The translations under genes and the position numbers were made by a program. A stretch of 64,000 nt of DNA from Eledone cirrhosa (Eukaryota), in contig OZ024742.1 in assembly GCA_964016885.1 (NCBI GenBank), positions 112,406,001 to 112,470,000 of the forward strand, given 5' to 3'. The first letter of the stretch is position 1. Every line of letters begins with the position of its first letter. Positions 1 through 12,995 of this stretch are shown here, in pieces. The notes under the pieces were generated by a model, which did not search any database, was not told the DNA's origin, and saw nothing but the letters and a program-made list of their open reading frames with translations.

Positions 1-900
1 ACAGCATACCCAATCCTCGACGTAGTTGGTGTTGACAGCAGATAGAGCACCTGACCAATGGAACCTGGCCCCTCCTCAAAAGGCGAAAGAGTTAACGCTC
101 CAGAGCAATTAGACGTGGGCTTAGACAACGTATGACGGCCAGGTGTTAATAGATGGCGGTTGCGATATACGTGTTCACCACGTCTTCCCAGCCTTTCAAG
201 GATAGCTTACTTTTGGCACATTTGTGGGTTAGAGAAGCCATCTTGCATGTTACGTCGTCCCAGTTTTGTCCATCTGGAGGTCCGATCCTAACCAGATCCC
301 GAATACTTTAAACAGTCAGTCCGTTCAGCGCCCAACAACGCTGTTGGAATGCATGGACATACCTCAGCAGGTACCGAGCTGCAGGCTCACCGACCTTTCC
401 GGGTTGACATTTGCTCCTGTTACTGTTTCGTACTTCCCGAGAGCGGGTCTGCTAATCTCAATATGTTTAGTGTACGTCACAACAACAGTGACGTCGTGGC
501 ATATACTGACATGGATCTTCCACATTCTAGTTCATGCGGGATGCCTCTCAAAGTCTTCAATTTGTGTAGTAATGGCACATGAATCAACACATGCAAAAGC
601 GACGAAAGGGGACAACAATCTCACAGATCCAGCACATGATGTTGAATAGTTCCAATAGTTGATCGTTTAGTCTAACCACAGAGCAGATGTCGTTGTGCAT
701 TTCAGCGATGCAGCTCATGAAAACGGGTTTAAAGCCTCCTGTTTGCGGACGGCCGCAAGGTAGCGATAGTAGAACCTATTGAAATCTTATTGATTGATCT
801 AAATCAAATGTATCACATGAAACCCATGTGCATCAGCAATGCATAGGTATGCATGTATCTGTTTGGGGAGTGTTTGCATGGAATATAATCTTTTGGAAGT
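1..900 (-). mobile_element. Decayed Tx1-like LINE ORF2 (RT) fragment
   Basis: Reverse complement aligns by eye with 53600-54400 of the LINE in this window (LDQS.AFDR region; LGIWLGSDLQMDKNWDDVT..KLSLKG). Many stops and frameshifts. Confidence 0.85.
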
Positions 901-1199
901 TCCATTTCCAGGTTAACATACACTTTTATGGACTTATTTTCCCAAGTACGTTTAGTAGTATTCTGAAATGGATTTACTAATTCGCATGTTTACATATTTA
1001 CGTATTAAACATGTGGGTATTTATATACATATTGAGGCAATATTTGTCGCTATGAATTTTTAAGCTTGTGACATCTTGGAAAACTGTTGATTCTGGCGTA
1101 GTTGTATGAGTTAATATTTTTTAAATTAATGTTTGGTTATACAGCGTATACTCGTGCGTGTGAGTGAATGAGTGAGTGAGTGAGTTAGTGAATGAGTGA

Positions 1200-1249
<50 letters not shown>

Positions 1250-2241
1250 GTGTGTGTGTGCGTGTGTGTATGTGTGTGTGTGCGCGTGCGTGTGTGTTTT
1301 GTTGCAATAATGCAGCTCTGAGTATAAGTACGTGTTTATAAGTGCGTGTGGGTTTGTTTGTTAATTTGTTGTGCTTGCCTAGTGTTGTTGGTCTGTACAA
1401 GCTTTAAAAGTGTGTGTTTCTGAGCGTATTATAGACATAGGAAGGAACCCAGGGGGACAGTGTTTGCGAGCATGTGTAATAGCGTACGAGGTAGGAATAA
1501 CAATGGCTAGGGGTATAGATGGAAGGGCAAACGTGTATGTGTAAGATTAAAAGGTTGGGTTGGGTGTTGTGTACATATAGGAAACTGGACCTCCCGTTCG
1601 TGCTTTCCTCATATTTATGAGTACACTTTATTCAGCAACTACACAGCCCTTGTTTCTTCTTAAATTGTTATCATGTTTTGCTCTGACCTGTTTTCTCTTT
1701 CTTCCTATCTATTTTGTTGCTATCAGCTCTCCCCGCTCTTTCCTTCTCTCCCTCTCACTTTCCCTCTACTTCTCTCTGCTAGGAACTCCACTGCTTCTCT
1801 CGCCTTTTCCTCTAGCTCTCTCTTTCTCGCTTACTCAAGCGGAGGTCAGACGTTTTTTCCCTCGTCCACACAATCTCGAACTTAAGTTCAGTAATTGGTG
1901 TTGAATTTAAATTTCACTCTCTCTTCCACTTGCTCACACACGTGTGATTCGTGTTTCCCTCTTCGGTTTGTTGTTTCCCGTTTTTCGGTGTTTTTTTTTC
2001 CTTTTTCTTTCCTTTTCCTTTCTGTTATATATTTTTCACTCTCTCTCCCCTTTTTTGCCCGATAACTTACTTTAGCTATTGATGGACTGGGGTGAGATAT
2101 ATCGTCTTTAATGCGTAGAAATATCCATGATCCCTAGCAGACAACTGACGAAGGTAAATTTTCTCCCGTTCCTGCTTTCCCTTTATTTATAACTACGCCT
2201 TATCCAGCAACAACACATCCCCTTCTTAAATATATATATAA

Positions 2242-2307
<66 letters not shown>

Positions 2308-2489
2308 GTGAGTCTGTGTCTGTTCGACTCGCATATGCGTCAATACTCATCCATTTTCATTGTTTTTAACAACTACTATGAGGCTAGCCTGAAATATCTT
2401 TAGTAAAAAATACGACGAAAGCTTCAATTTCTACTAAATTTCAAACTTCCCTCACTGTTTCAAATTAAATTTGCTTTATATATATATAT

Positions 2490-3031
2490 ATTTAAAAGTA
2501 TAGAGGTGTAACACACAAGTTATGATATTTTGGTAAACGGAATAGAAAATGCTGACAAATTGTTCACAGTGAAAAATAGTTTAATTAGGAATAAGTGATA
2601 ATTAGTAATAGTATTGGTTAGTATTCAGTTTTGGTTTTAAGTTTTACCGGTTGCGCATTTCTAATGCTTTTCAAAAATAATTTTGAGATAGAGCGTCCGT
2701 GATGTTTGCTGTGATCTGATTAGTTTTGGGAATTCTACCTGTTTTTATGTTAAAAAAGTGGCTCCAGCGGTATTAAAATAAGTTTTGCGCCAATTCGTGT
2801 GGCAAAAATTCTTGTGGTCAAAACAATTTTGATTGGTCGGTAGAGGTCATGTAAATGTAAAAAATTGATTTTGCGCCAAATGTAGGTTTGTGTCGGCTGA
2901 CTGAGAAATAAGTCTTTCATAACAGATATGTGTGTGTGTGTAGTAGTAGTAAAGAGGTTCGTTGTTGTGATAATGGTCAATTAAACTATTTTTCACTGTG
3001 AACGATTTGTCAGCATGTTCTATTCCGTTTA

Positions 3032-3035
<4 letters not shown>
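2490..3035. repeat. Non-coding dispersed element between (TA)n tracts with ~56-bp inverted segments
   Basis: 2531-2586 is the inverse of 2979-3035. A second copy of the body lies inverted at ~16370-16970. Confidence 0.8.
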
Positions 3036-3080
<45 letters not shown>

Positions 3081-3593
3081 CTGTAAGTTGATAAATCATT
3101 AGTAATGCGTTCAGATATTTATTTAAAGCTCGAATGTGGTTTATTTTATATCAGAATAACGAAAGGGATTTCATTCCTTTTGGATATAATTCAAAATACC
3201 CTTTTAAAGAAATCGTAAGTATCAGTTATATATATATAACAAATTAAAATAATACTTAATTACTGATCGATGTTTTCCGTATAGGAATGTTTCAACCGTA
3301 AACTAAAAAAACAGATTTTTTCTCTGATTGTAGAAGGTTAGATTTGCCAACATTATTTTACGTTACATTTCATAATAGTTGTTCTACCAGGTAATACCAA
3401 CTGTTCCATTTTGGTTTTAGTATCGTCTAAGCCTGTCATTTGTGCACCTATATATGCAATTACTGAAGTTATAATCACACTTAAACTTCGTTTATTTGTT
3501 ATGAAGTCGACGGAAGCAAGTAATGGTTAACAATAGCAACGCTTTATCCGAGTTTATTTTATTAGGTTAGATATACGACCGGATTATTTTGCT

Positions 3594-3969
3594 AATAACA
3601 TTAAGGAAAACATGAACGACACCACAACACTTAGTTTTGAAAATTTTGAAGTAGGTTTATAAGTATGAATTTTCATAAGGTTTCGTAGCTGTATCAGTGG
3701 ACTCACCGTAGGTACTAGAGATGGTGGAGGTCCTGTCTTCGGTTTCAATCCCGCCGAAGATGTACATGTAATCTTTATCAGTTTTTATTTTGCATAGAAA
3801 AAAATCTGAAACGATTGGCGGGAACCCTACTACCAACCAGGATCGAACATCATACCAGCATCACCACCAACTACGAAAACCTTATGACAATTCATACTTA
3901 TAAACCTAGTTTCAACATTTTCGAAACTAAGTGTTGTGGTGTCGTTCATGTTTTCATTGATGTTATTGC
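3594..3969. repeat. Imperfect inverted repeat (~97-bp arms, ~180-bp spacer)
   Basis: aataacattaaggaaaacatgaacgacaccacaacacttagttt pairs with aaactaagtgttgtggtgtcgttcatgttttcattgatgttatt. Confidence 0.8.
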
Positions 3970-4693
3970 TCCTACTTAAGGTCGAATTCTAAATCATTTC
4001 GGTGTTCCATAACCTACATCGTCCTTTTTTTTCTCATCTATCTAGACATTTTAACCTGTAAACCATGTTTCATTTCTGTTCCACGCCCCTCTCTCTATCC
4101 CCCTTTCTCTCTGTGTTATTTGAATCTACTATGATTAGGGTTTACCTTATTCTTATATATATGTTTTTGCATGTCAGTTAGATTCAAACTTGCAATGATT
4201 GGCATTATATATATATACTCAGTAGCAGACTAGGTCTAGAAATATCGGTTGCCAGATGAATACGGCCCAACTATAAATAGAATGCTATCATTTAATTTGT
4301 ATAAAGAATAAATAACGTTTTCGAAAGATACATAGGTGGAAACAAAACACTGCAATCAAATTTTTGCGGAAATATATGTTACCTTCTCCAATAAAAAATA
4401 TTATGCATTTTGCGAAATCCAGTGACATTGAATAATGACCTTTGGTCTTTCACACTAAATCAATATATATCGCCAGTGCAACTAATTGCTTGTTGTAAGG
4501 TGAAGAGGTGGGATAATCAATATGTTGTGTGAGATGATAAGTGTCGAATCACGGGTAATCAGCTACAAGTGTCTTATAAAAGGAGTGAAATGTTCTGTTG
4601 AGGAGAAGGTATCATATCATTCCGAGATCGAAACACGTGTAGATAAAAAAGTAATGCATTATCTCATGTACTTGGTGACGTATCTATTTGTTA

Positions 4694-4769
<76 letters not shown>

Positions 4770-4868
4770 AAGTTTCCGTTGAAAATAGAAAAAATCATAG
4801 GAGTGAAGTGTGCTCTATGTAAGTACCAGAGCAAAATTTTATGTATAAAAATCAATACAAAATAATTA

Positions 4869-4938
4869 CCTCATTACCAGAGGTTTCCCGAATAAGACGA
4901 ATACCAAAGAGACGTCTTCATTCGTTCGTCGGACGAAG
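4869..4938 (-). ncRNA. Type I hammerhead ribozyme, C4 core variant
   Basis: cttcgt-CCGACGA-a.cgaat.g.aagacg..cgtctt.attcg.g-GAAA-cc.tct.gg-TA-atgagg; all three stems pair; GUA site. Confidence 0.75.
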
Positions 4939-5058
<120 letters not shown>

Positions 5059-5293
5059 CTATATCTATATCTAAATATATGTATATATGTATATATATAT
5101 ATATAGATAATTTAATATGTCTACTAACATAAGCGCACAGATGTACGCCAATGCCAGCAAATGCACAGGTTATGTCATAGTACCTAGGTGGTTCGATGCA
5201 GGAGAATGCAGAACAATAATATACAAGACGTAAAATAAGAACATTTTTTTAAAAAATTTTTAAAAAAAATTAACTTACTTACTTAAATTTTCA

Positions 5294-5373
5294 CTCCAAC
5301 TAATTAGTTTCTGCAATGGGATAAAGACAGTTACGTAATGAACCGTTGAGAATTTCATTGCGTCATCAGGGAG
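5294..5373 (-). ncRNA. Type I hammerhead ribozyme
   Basis: ctcc-CTGATGA-c.gcaatg..cattgc.a-GAAA-ctaattag-TT-ggag; palindromic stem III; GUU site. Confidence 0.85.
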
Positions 5374-5413
5374 GTCATTCTCAGCGAGAATTTTTTTTAA
5401 AATTTTACGTCTT

Positions 5414-6154
<741 letters not shown>

Positions 6155-6198
6155 AGAAAAAATTTACGAAATGGAAATGCGGGTATATAGGATTTATT

Positions 6199-6315
6199 AG
6201 GTAACAATTGTTTCTATAGTGTATGAGTTACCTATACTTCGCTATTTGAATAATACACAAATATTATCATAAACCGAAAGTACATTGTAAGCCAACACAC
6301 CATGTCATCAGACCT
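6199..6315 (-). ncRNA. Type I hammerhead ribozyme in a Penelope-like pseudo-LTR
   Basis: aggt-CTGATGA-c.atggtgtg..tacactat.a-GAAA-caattg-TT-acct followed by AATAAA; downstream of the GIY-YIG fragment on the same strand. Confidence 0.85.
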
Positions 6316-6725
6316 TTGTATTAGAATGATATGAAAATATTTCATACACTAGATAAAAGATAAAGAAGGAGGTAGGAAGAGAAGGGGAAGAGGGAAGTGA
6401 GTAAGGTGGAGGGAGTCTTAGGGTTTAAGACTGTCAGACTAGTAGAGATTGTGAAGAGAGAATGTTTTGGCAGCAGTCAGCTTAATGAGGCGTGCTAAGG
6501 TTGGCTGGGAAGTAGATTCTTCTAGTGGTGTTGTTCGGGCAAAATTTAGTTAGAGGGGTCAAAGTGGTACAGTGGTACAGTCAAAGTGGTACAAGTGGTA
6601 TAGTAGCAGGTTATTTCTAAAGGGGTCCAGAAAAACAGTGTTTAGTACTATTATTATAGAAAGCCATATCTAGTGTATAAACATATAAGACAGAAATTTG
6701 CAAACGTTGGTGTAAAAAGGTAACA

Positions 6726-7021
6726 TTATATGCATTTAAAAAAAGAAAAAGTCGTTTTCAAACGATGGTTACAGTATAGAGAACGTTCAATTTTGCTGTT
6801 CAAAAGTTTGTTTACCGACGTTAAAATGCAGTATATCTCTAAATTGCATAACTTGCAGAATCGATGATTTTGCTGATATGCAGGCGCAGCTGCAATAATT
6901 TGCCAATCAAGGGAGAACGCTTGATTGTTCCTCCGAAGCTGCCAGGCTTTATCGGCGAGGGTTGTTACGGAGCGCATTTTCTCGTGCCTGATCGAAGATC
7001 GATGTTTGTATAGGCGAGCCA
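6726..7021 (-). pseudogene. Penelope-like GIY-YIG endonuclease C-terminal fragment (5' truncated)
   Basis: [34 protein letters not shown]...CNH matches the C-terminus encoded at 28946-29362. Confidence 0.85.
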
Positions 7022-7025
7022 ATAT

Positions 7026-7148
<123 letters not shown>

Positions 7149-7161
7149 TATATAGATATAG

Positions 7162-7271
<110 letters not shown>

Positions 7272-8040
7272 GTGGGATATTAACGATGGAAAGATCAATA
7301 ATCATATACTAACAAACGCATTTCATATTAAACACCGAATACCCATTTCACTGTCCGCTTGTGTGGATATAACCACCATCAATACAATCCTGACAAATGT
7401 CAGTGGTCGATACTTCTGTTTAATTTAAAACATTGACCACATCTTAACTTTAGTTAACTTACATACTTTAGCAAAATAATAATGGAATTATCTAAATATC
7501 TAATTATCATTGCTCTTTCTCTAAAATGAATTTATATCTACAAATTAATGTTACCCACTGATTCAACATACTAGTTATATGGCTGTAGTGGTTGTTGCCA
7601 AATGCACGTAGTAATTACATGTGAACTGTATGCTTTTATTCCGTTAGTTTGATTGAACATGCTGAAGATCGCTATGGCATTTTATAAATCAAATCCATGC
7701 AAATCTCTTGAAACGTCTAAATGACAACGATTCATACCAAATGTCAGAATTTAACAGAGTAAAGCTAACTATAAACCCAAATAGAGCCACTATGAAAACA
7801 ATTCGTAATATTGATTTCCAAGAGAAATTTACTTCACTACTATATTTCGAATCTTATATTCCACATAAATCTCATAGGACAACAGAAGTATCTCCATCAT
7901 GTCTCCTTTTATATTCATTCTAAGACGTATTGCAGATTCCCTCTGCTGTAAAAATATTTTCCATAATGGAGATTCAGTGATATTATCTATAGAATTGCGT
8001 ATGCTAGTAGGCGCACAGGGATTTCCAAGTGGATTATTAA

Positions 8041-8081
8041 AGTAGTAGTAGTGGTAGTAGTAGTAGTAGCAGTAGCAGCAA

Positions 8082-8159
<78 letters not shown>

Positions 8160-8176
8160 AAGTAGTGGCAGTAGTG

Positions 8177-8216
<40 letters not shown>

Positions 8217-8226
8217 GAGTAGTGGC

Positions 8227-8275
<49 letters not shown>
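8041..8275. repeat. (TAG)n microsatellite
   Basis: Seen directly. Confidence 0.99.
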
Positions 8276-8586
8276 ACACAAGCGGTGGTATTGGTGTTGG
8301 TAGATATACTCTTGATCATGTTATTATTCGTTGATTTTATGTTTTGATATTGTATTTATCGTCGTCTTTGAGTGTTCCCCGAAGCTAGCAGCAGGTGATT
8401 GAGAATAAAAGGGGAAATAGGAGAAGAAAATAAACAATAAGATATCGTTATCCGTGGCGCTTTTAATAGAAGACAGCTTTATGTTAATTATTTTGAGACT
8501 GAAGAGTTTGGGTTGCATGAAATAAGATTCAGCGATAAATGATATGGCGCACCAGCTGCCTCAAAGGTTGCACAATGTTTGGCTGT

Positions 8587-8644
<58 letters not shown>

Positions 8645-8663
8645 CATGTATATATACGCATAT

Positions 8664-8732
<69 letters not shown>

Positions 8733-8767
8733 TATACACACACATATATATATATATATACATATAT

Positions 8768-8810
<43 letters not shown>

Positions 8811-8910
8811 TACATTATATGTATGTATATATAATATATGTATGTATATATATATATATATGTATGTATATATATATATATGTATGTATATATATATATA
8901 TATATGTATG

Positions 8911-8943
<33 letters not shown>

Positions 8944-9012
8944 ATATATATATATATATATGTATGTATATATATATATATATATATGTATGTATATATA
9001 TATATATGTATG

Positions 9013-9050
<38 letters not shown>

Positions 9051-9553
9051 AGTGTGTGTGTGTTTATATATGCATGTGTGTATGTGCTTGGCTGCTGTAT
9101 CGATATAACTGTGTATATGAGTTTGTGTTCGTGTGACACCGCATAAATATGCGAACACATACAATTCGGTTGTCTGACGCGTCTGCAAACCAGAAAAAAT
9201 GAACTGAAATTAAAAATATATATTAATAAAATAAAGCTAATAACATTAACTGGGTTTACAGAAGTGACACATATATTGAATACTATTTAAATATATCTCG
9301 ATTGGAAAAGAGAAAAAAAGGGGAAATCCTATTCAATTAAATTATCATTACAGTCACATTGGGATGTAATTATTCTCGACGCCATTTAGTTCTCGGTTAT
9401 TTTAAGTCACCAGATATATACACATATATTTTCTTTTATAACTTCTTTCACAAAGTACACGTATATGTGAAAAAAAACGAGTATAACAAGAATAATCCAA
9501 ATAAGGAGAGGAATAGGCATGCCTCTTTATATATATATATGTGTGTGTGCATT

Positions 9554-9644
<91 letters not shown>

Positions 9645-9649
<5 letters not shown>

Positions 9650-10437
9650 GAAGAGAGAAGAAATATTTAGATATAATTAGTAATAAAATGTATCATACCT
9701 AAACTGCTCCTAGATTCCTCGACTACGTAGTTTCGTGGCATAAACAAAAACAATACATCATAAAGATATAGAGTCCTTGCGCGGTCTGCCGACTTATCAA
9801 GAGGATACCTCATTTTACTAGTCTCTGGAACGCGTCTACACGACGTGAGAAAGAATCCCAAAAGGCGGAGGGGGAGATAGTCACGCGATTTAACGGTCGA
9901 GAAACAGAGCTAAGCCTCTTATAACCCCGAAGAAAATACCACGGAGGCGGAGGGGGTATTTATATCGAAGCCGTAGAAGAGGTAGTGAAGGGGGCGAGAA
10001 GTATGAGTAATGGAAGCCTTTCAGCAGTCCTCACACTTCAAAGGTTGCTCGACCAGAGGGAGTTATTAACAATATATTTAGAAACACACAGATACATGTG
10101 GACACACACATATACATGAATGCATCCGCACCCAACCACGAGTTAAGGGTGCAAACTTCACCGATGTTGCTCAATGAATGACTGGGACAGACCAATCCGG
10201 TTGAACTAGACTGAACAGTTTAGGTATAATACATTTTATTACTAATTATATCTAAATGTTTCTTCTCTCTTCATAATGTATTTTTAACTCTGATACTGGT
10301 TCAGTCTAGTTCAACCGGATTAGTCTGTCCCAGTCATTCATTGAGCAACATCGGTGAAGTTGGCACCCTTAACTCGCGGTTGGGTGCGGATGCATTCATG
10401 TATATGTGTGTGTCCGCATGTATCTGTGTGTTTCTAA

Positions 10438-10445
<8 letters not shown>
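9645..10445 (-). mobile_element. 595-bp HHR-bearing non-coding element, permuted copy plus inverted partial copy
   Basis: Same segments as 35793-36430 in rotated order; 10218-10445 is inverted; (TA)n on both sides. Confidence 0.85.
9717..9804 (-). ncRNA. Type I hammerhead ribozyme, U3-A8 covariant core
   Basis: cctc-TTGATAA-gt.c.ggca..tgccac-GAAA-ctacgtag-TC-gagg; palindromic stem III; GUC site. Confidence 0.8.
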
Positions 10446-10485
<40 letters not shown>

Positions 10486-10541
10486 CAGAGAGAGACAGAA
10501 GAAGAGTCTGTGGTGCTGGGAGTGGGGAAACTACTAATAAT

Positions 10542-10640
10542 TGTTTCTACTTTTGGCACAAGGCCAGAAATTACCCAGTGCATTACTGGTACTTTATTTT
10601 ATCGACCCCGTAAGGATGAAAGGCAAAGTCAACCTCGGAA
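10542..10640 (-). mobile_element. 5'-truncated SINE with 18-bp TSD
   Basis: TSD ggggaaactactaataat at 10524-10541 and 10641-10658; body matches 15056-15230. Confidence 0.92.
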
Positions 10641-10804
10641 GGGGAAACTACTAATAATGTGAGGACTCAATATATGGGGAGATGCATAGGAATATGTAAT
10701 ATCCCGCTGCTGTGCCAAGCCGTATCGGCGTCTCTGTTTAGCCAGCCTTTTTTAAAAAGGTATATATATATATAAATGCAATCTGAGTTTTCGAATATTA
10801 ATAA

Positions 10805-11441
10805 CTAGCAGTGGTACCCAGCGTTGCAAGGGATGAGGTATTTTGGAACGCAGGCCACCAACAGACCTAATCGTGGAAAAACCGCATGCCTGGACAATAT
10901 GTAAAGAAAATAAACCGAATACTATGATGGCTGGATAATCCTTAAGATTGTCTTCGATGAAGTAAGAAAAATGCAGGTTTTCACCTAATGCGGGCCCTAG
11001 AGGATGAAGAAAATGATTTTTTTTCACTGCATAATATGCCTTGAAATTTCGGGAAAATCGGCTAGACGTAATGCTCCTCAAAAGCCATAAAAATCTGAAA
11101 AATATGAAGTTTTTCACCTCATGCGTCCCTAGGCCATTAAACAGTTGGATTTTCTTTGTTAACTGGTATGAAGAAGAGACTGACTAATACATAGTTACAA
11201 TTTTAAGGAAATCGGTCTGACGTAACGCCTAAAAAAACCCATATGAAGCTGAAACACGCAGTTGTTCACCTAATCCGGGCACTAGGGGAACAAAAAGTTG
11301 AATTGTTTATGTGCATAACACTCCCTTAAACATAAGTAATACAATGTAAAGTTTGAAAAAAGTCGGTTGGGTGCTTCTCGAGTTTTAGGGATTCGAACTC
11401 GCAGATACACACAGAGACAGACATCCGTTGTCATATAGAGA
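10805..11441 (-). mobile_element. Non-autonomous Helitron
   Basis: Minus strand reads A|TC...cccttgcaacgctggg (imperfect hairpin)-taccactg-CTAG|T; no TSD; internal subrepeats (ttcacctaatgcgggccctag-like x3). Confidence 0.8.
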
Positions 11442-11443
11442 TA

Positions 11444-11863
11444 ACATTCGATTCGTTTGCAATTATGCTAACAAACCTCATTGTTAAAGCCATATCAATA
11501 GCATGAACCCCTCATTTTTGGTCTTGTGTTGACATGTAGGAAACTGACCGGCCAGTCTGCTGATGTGCAAACCTGTCTGATCAGTCGATCTGCTACTAGT
11601 CAGATCTGACTGATCAGCCATTCTGCTAATATGCACATCAGGTCGATCAGTCACTGTATATTTTAGAAAATAGCATAGATTTTCACTAGCTCTGACAGTT
11701 GGCAGGTGGACAGTGAATTGTACTGATGAAGGGTGATACCCAGAAATATTAGTTTCTGCAGTTCTGTTTACATGCCAAAACAAGAGCAGGAATGAATGGT
11801 TCCTTCTACTGACATGGCTTTAAACATGAGGCGTGTTTTCATAATTGCAAACGAATCGAATGT
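11444..11863. mobile_element. MITE with terminal inverted repeats and TA flanks
   Basis: acattcgattcgtttgcaattatg / cataattgcaaacgaatcgaatgt, extending imperfectly to ~80 bp; TA on each side; internal ~32-bp repeats. Confidence 0.8.
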
Positions 11864-11865
11864 TA

Positions 11866-11990
11866 CGTCTCTTTAGGATCTGAGTTGAAATCCCGCCGAG
11901 GTTAACTTTGCCTTTCACCCTTACGAGGTCGATATAATAAAGTACTACTAATGTACTGGAATAATTAATGGCCTTGTGCCAAAACAATTA
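11866..11990 (+). mobile_element. SINE fragment
   Basis: ctgagttgaaatcccgccgaggttaactttgcctttca matches 15117-15230. Confidence 0.85.
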
Positions 11991-12048
11991 TTAATATTCG
12001 AAAATCTCAGATTACGTTTATTGCATTCAGCCATGTAGAGCGAAAAGA

Positions 12049-12124
<76 letters not shown>

Positions 12125-12579
12125 TGGCGAGAATCGAATTTCAGCTCAGGAATTAACGAAAAACATTTCCGATTTGTGTGGCAAGCGCTCGATAATTCAT
12201 ATGAATTAGATCTACAACATACGTTAAAGGCCAAAGACACTGAGATGGTGGTTAAACTAATCATCCGCACAGCCAAAAAAAACGATCAAGCAATTCGGGT
12301 CAAACAAATAAAAATATATGTGATTGAAAATTTACCCGGACCCCTGGAGATGGTAAAATCCAGTATTTGGGTTTCTGCGGCTCCATAAATCAATTACTGT
12401 CCGCTTACATAAAGAATGTTAGGCTTCTGGTAAGATGATTGAACAAGGAAGCCATTATTTCAACGGGATTCTGCTCAAATGCTATACATAAGTGTGACTA
12501 TTACTGACCCCACGTGGAGTTCAGCAAGGGAGGCAACACCTATTTTAGGCGAATGAATTCAGTTGTGTATAATATTGCG

Positions 12580-12689
<110 letters not shown>

Positions 12690-12699
12690 ATAGTAATAC

Positions 12700-12878
12700 T
12701 AATAAATTTGAAGACTAAAATCCAAAGAGAGCTCGATAAGGATAAATATATATCAAATATATAAGAACCGTAGAGCAAATATTTATTAAAATAACAGATT
12801 AAAGTTTCAGAAGATCCCGTTAAGGGTGAATGCAGCGATTCTTTGCTTAAACTTTAATCTCTTATTTTAATAAATATA
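12700..12878. mobile_element. Mini-foldback of the pseudo-LTR of the 28590-31176 element, with degenerate HHR at 12803-12853
   Basis: 12700-12807 matches 28590-28690; 12803-12878 matches 31101-31176. Confidence 0.85.
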
Positions 12879-12937
12879 TATATATATAAATAAAGTAACA
12901 GGAGGCTGGACTGGTGTAAATACTTGAAAGGTTTATT

Positions 12938-12995
12938 ATACTATGATCATTTCAATGACCGTGTTCCATATGAATCCGGTGATATCAACAGGTAT
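12938..12995 (-). ncRNA. Degenerate hammerhead ribozyme (CTGTTGA core)
   Basis: atac-CTGTTGA-tatcaccgg..cggtcatt-GAAA-tgatca-TA-gtat followed by AATAAA. Confidence 0.7.

Noticed and set aside
2145-2170. CTGACGA-agg..cc motif
   Set aside because: No following GAAA or stem I partner.
2372-2404. acta-CTATGA-ggctagcct-GAAA-tatc-TT-tagt
   Set aside because: G5 is missing; probably a dead HHR, not counted.
7658-7723. CTGAAGA..GAAAcgtcta
   Set aside because: Stems I and II do not close next to the core.
11544-11655. ~32-bp periodic repeats resembling a CRISPR array
   Set aside because: Degenerate tandem repeats without unique spacers or cas genes, in eukaryotic DNA.
11721-11753. CTGATGA-agggt.gat.accc.a-GAAA inside the MITE
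   Set aside because: Good stem II but no convincing stem I; chance or remnant.
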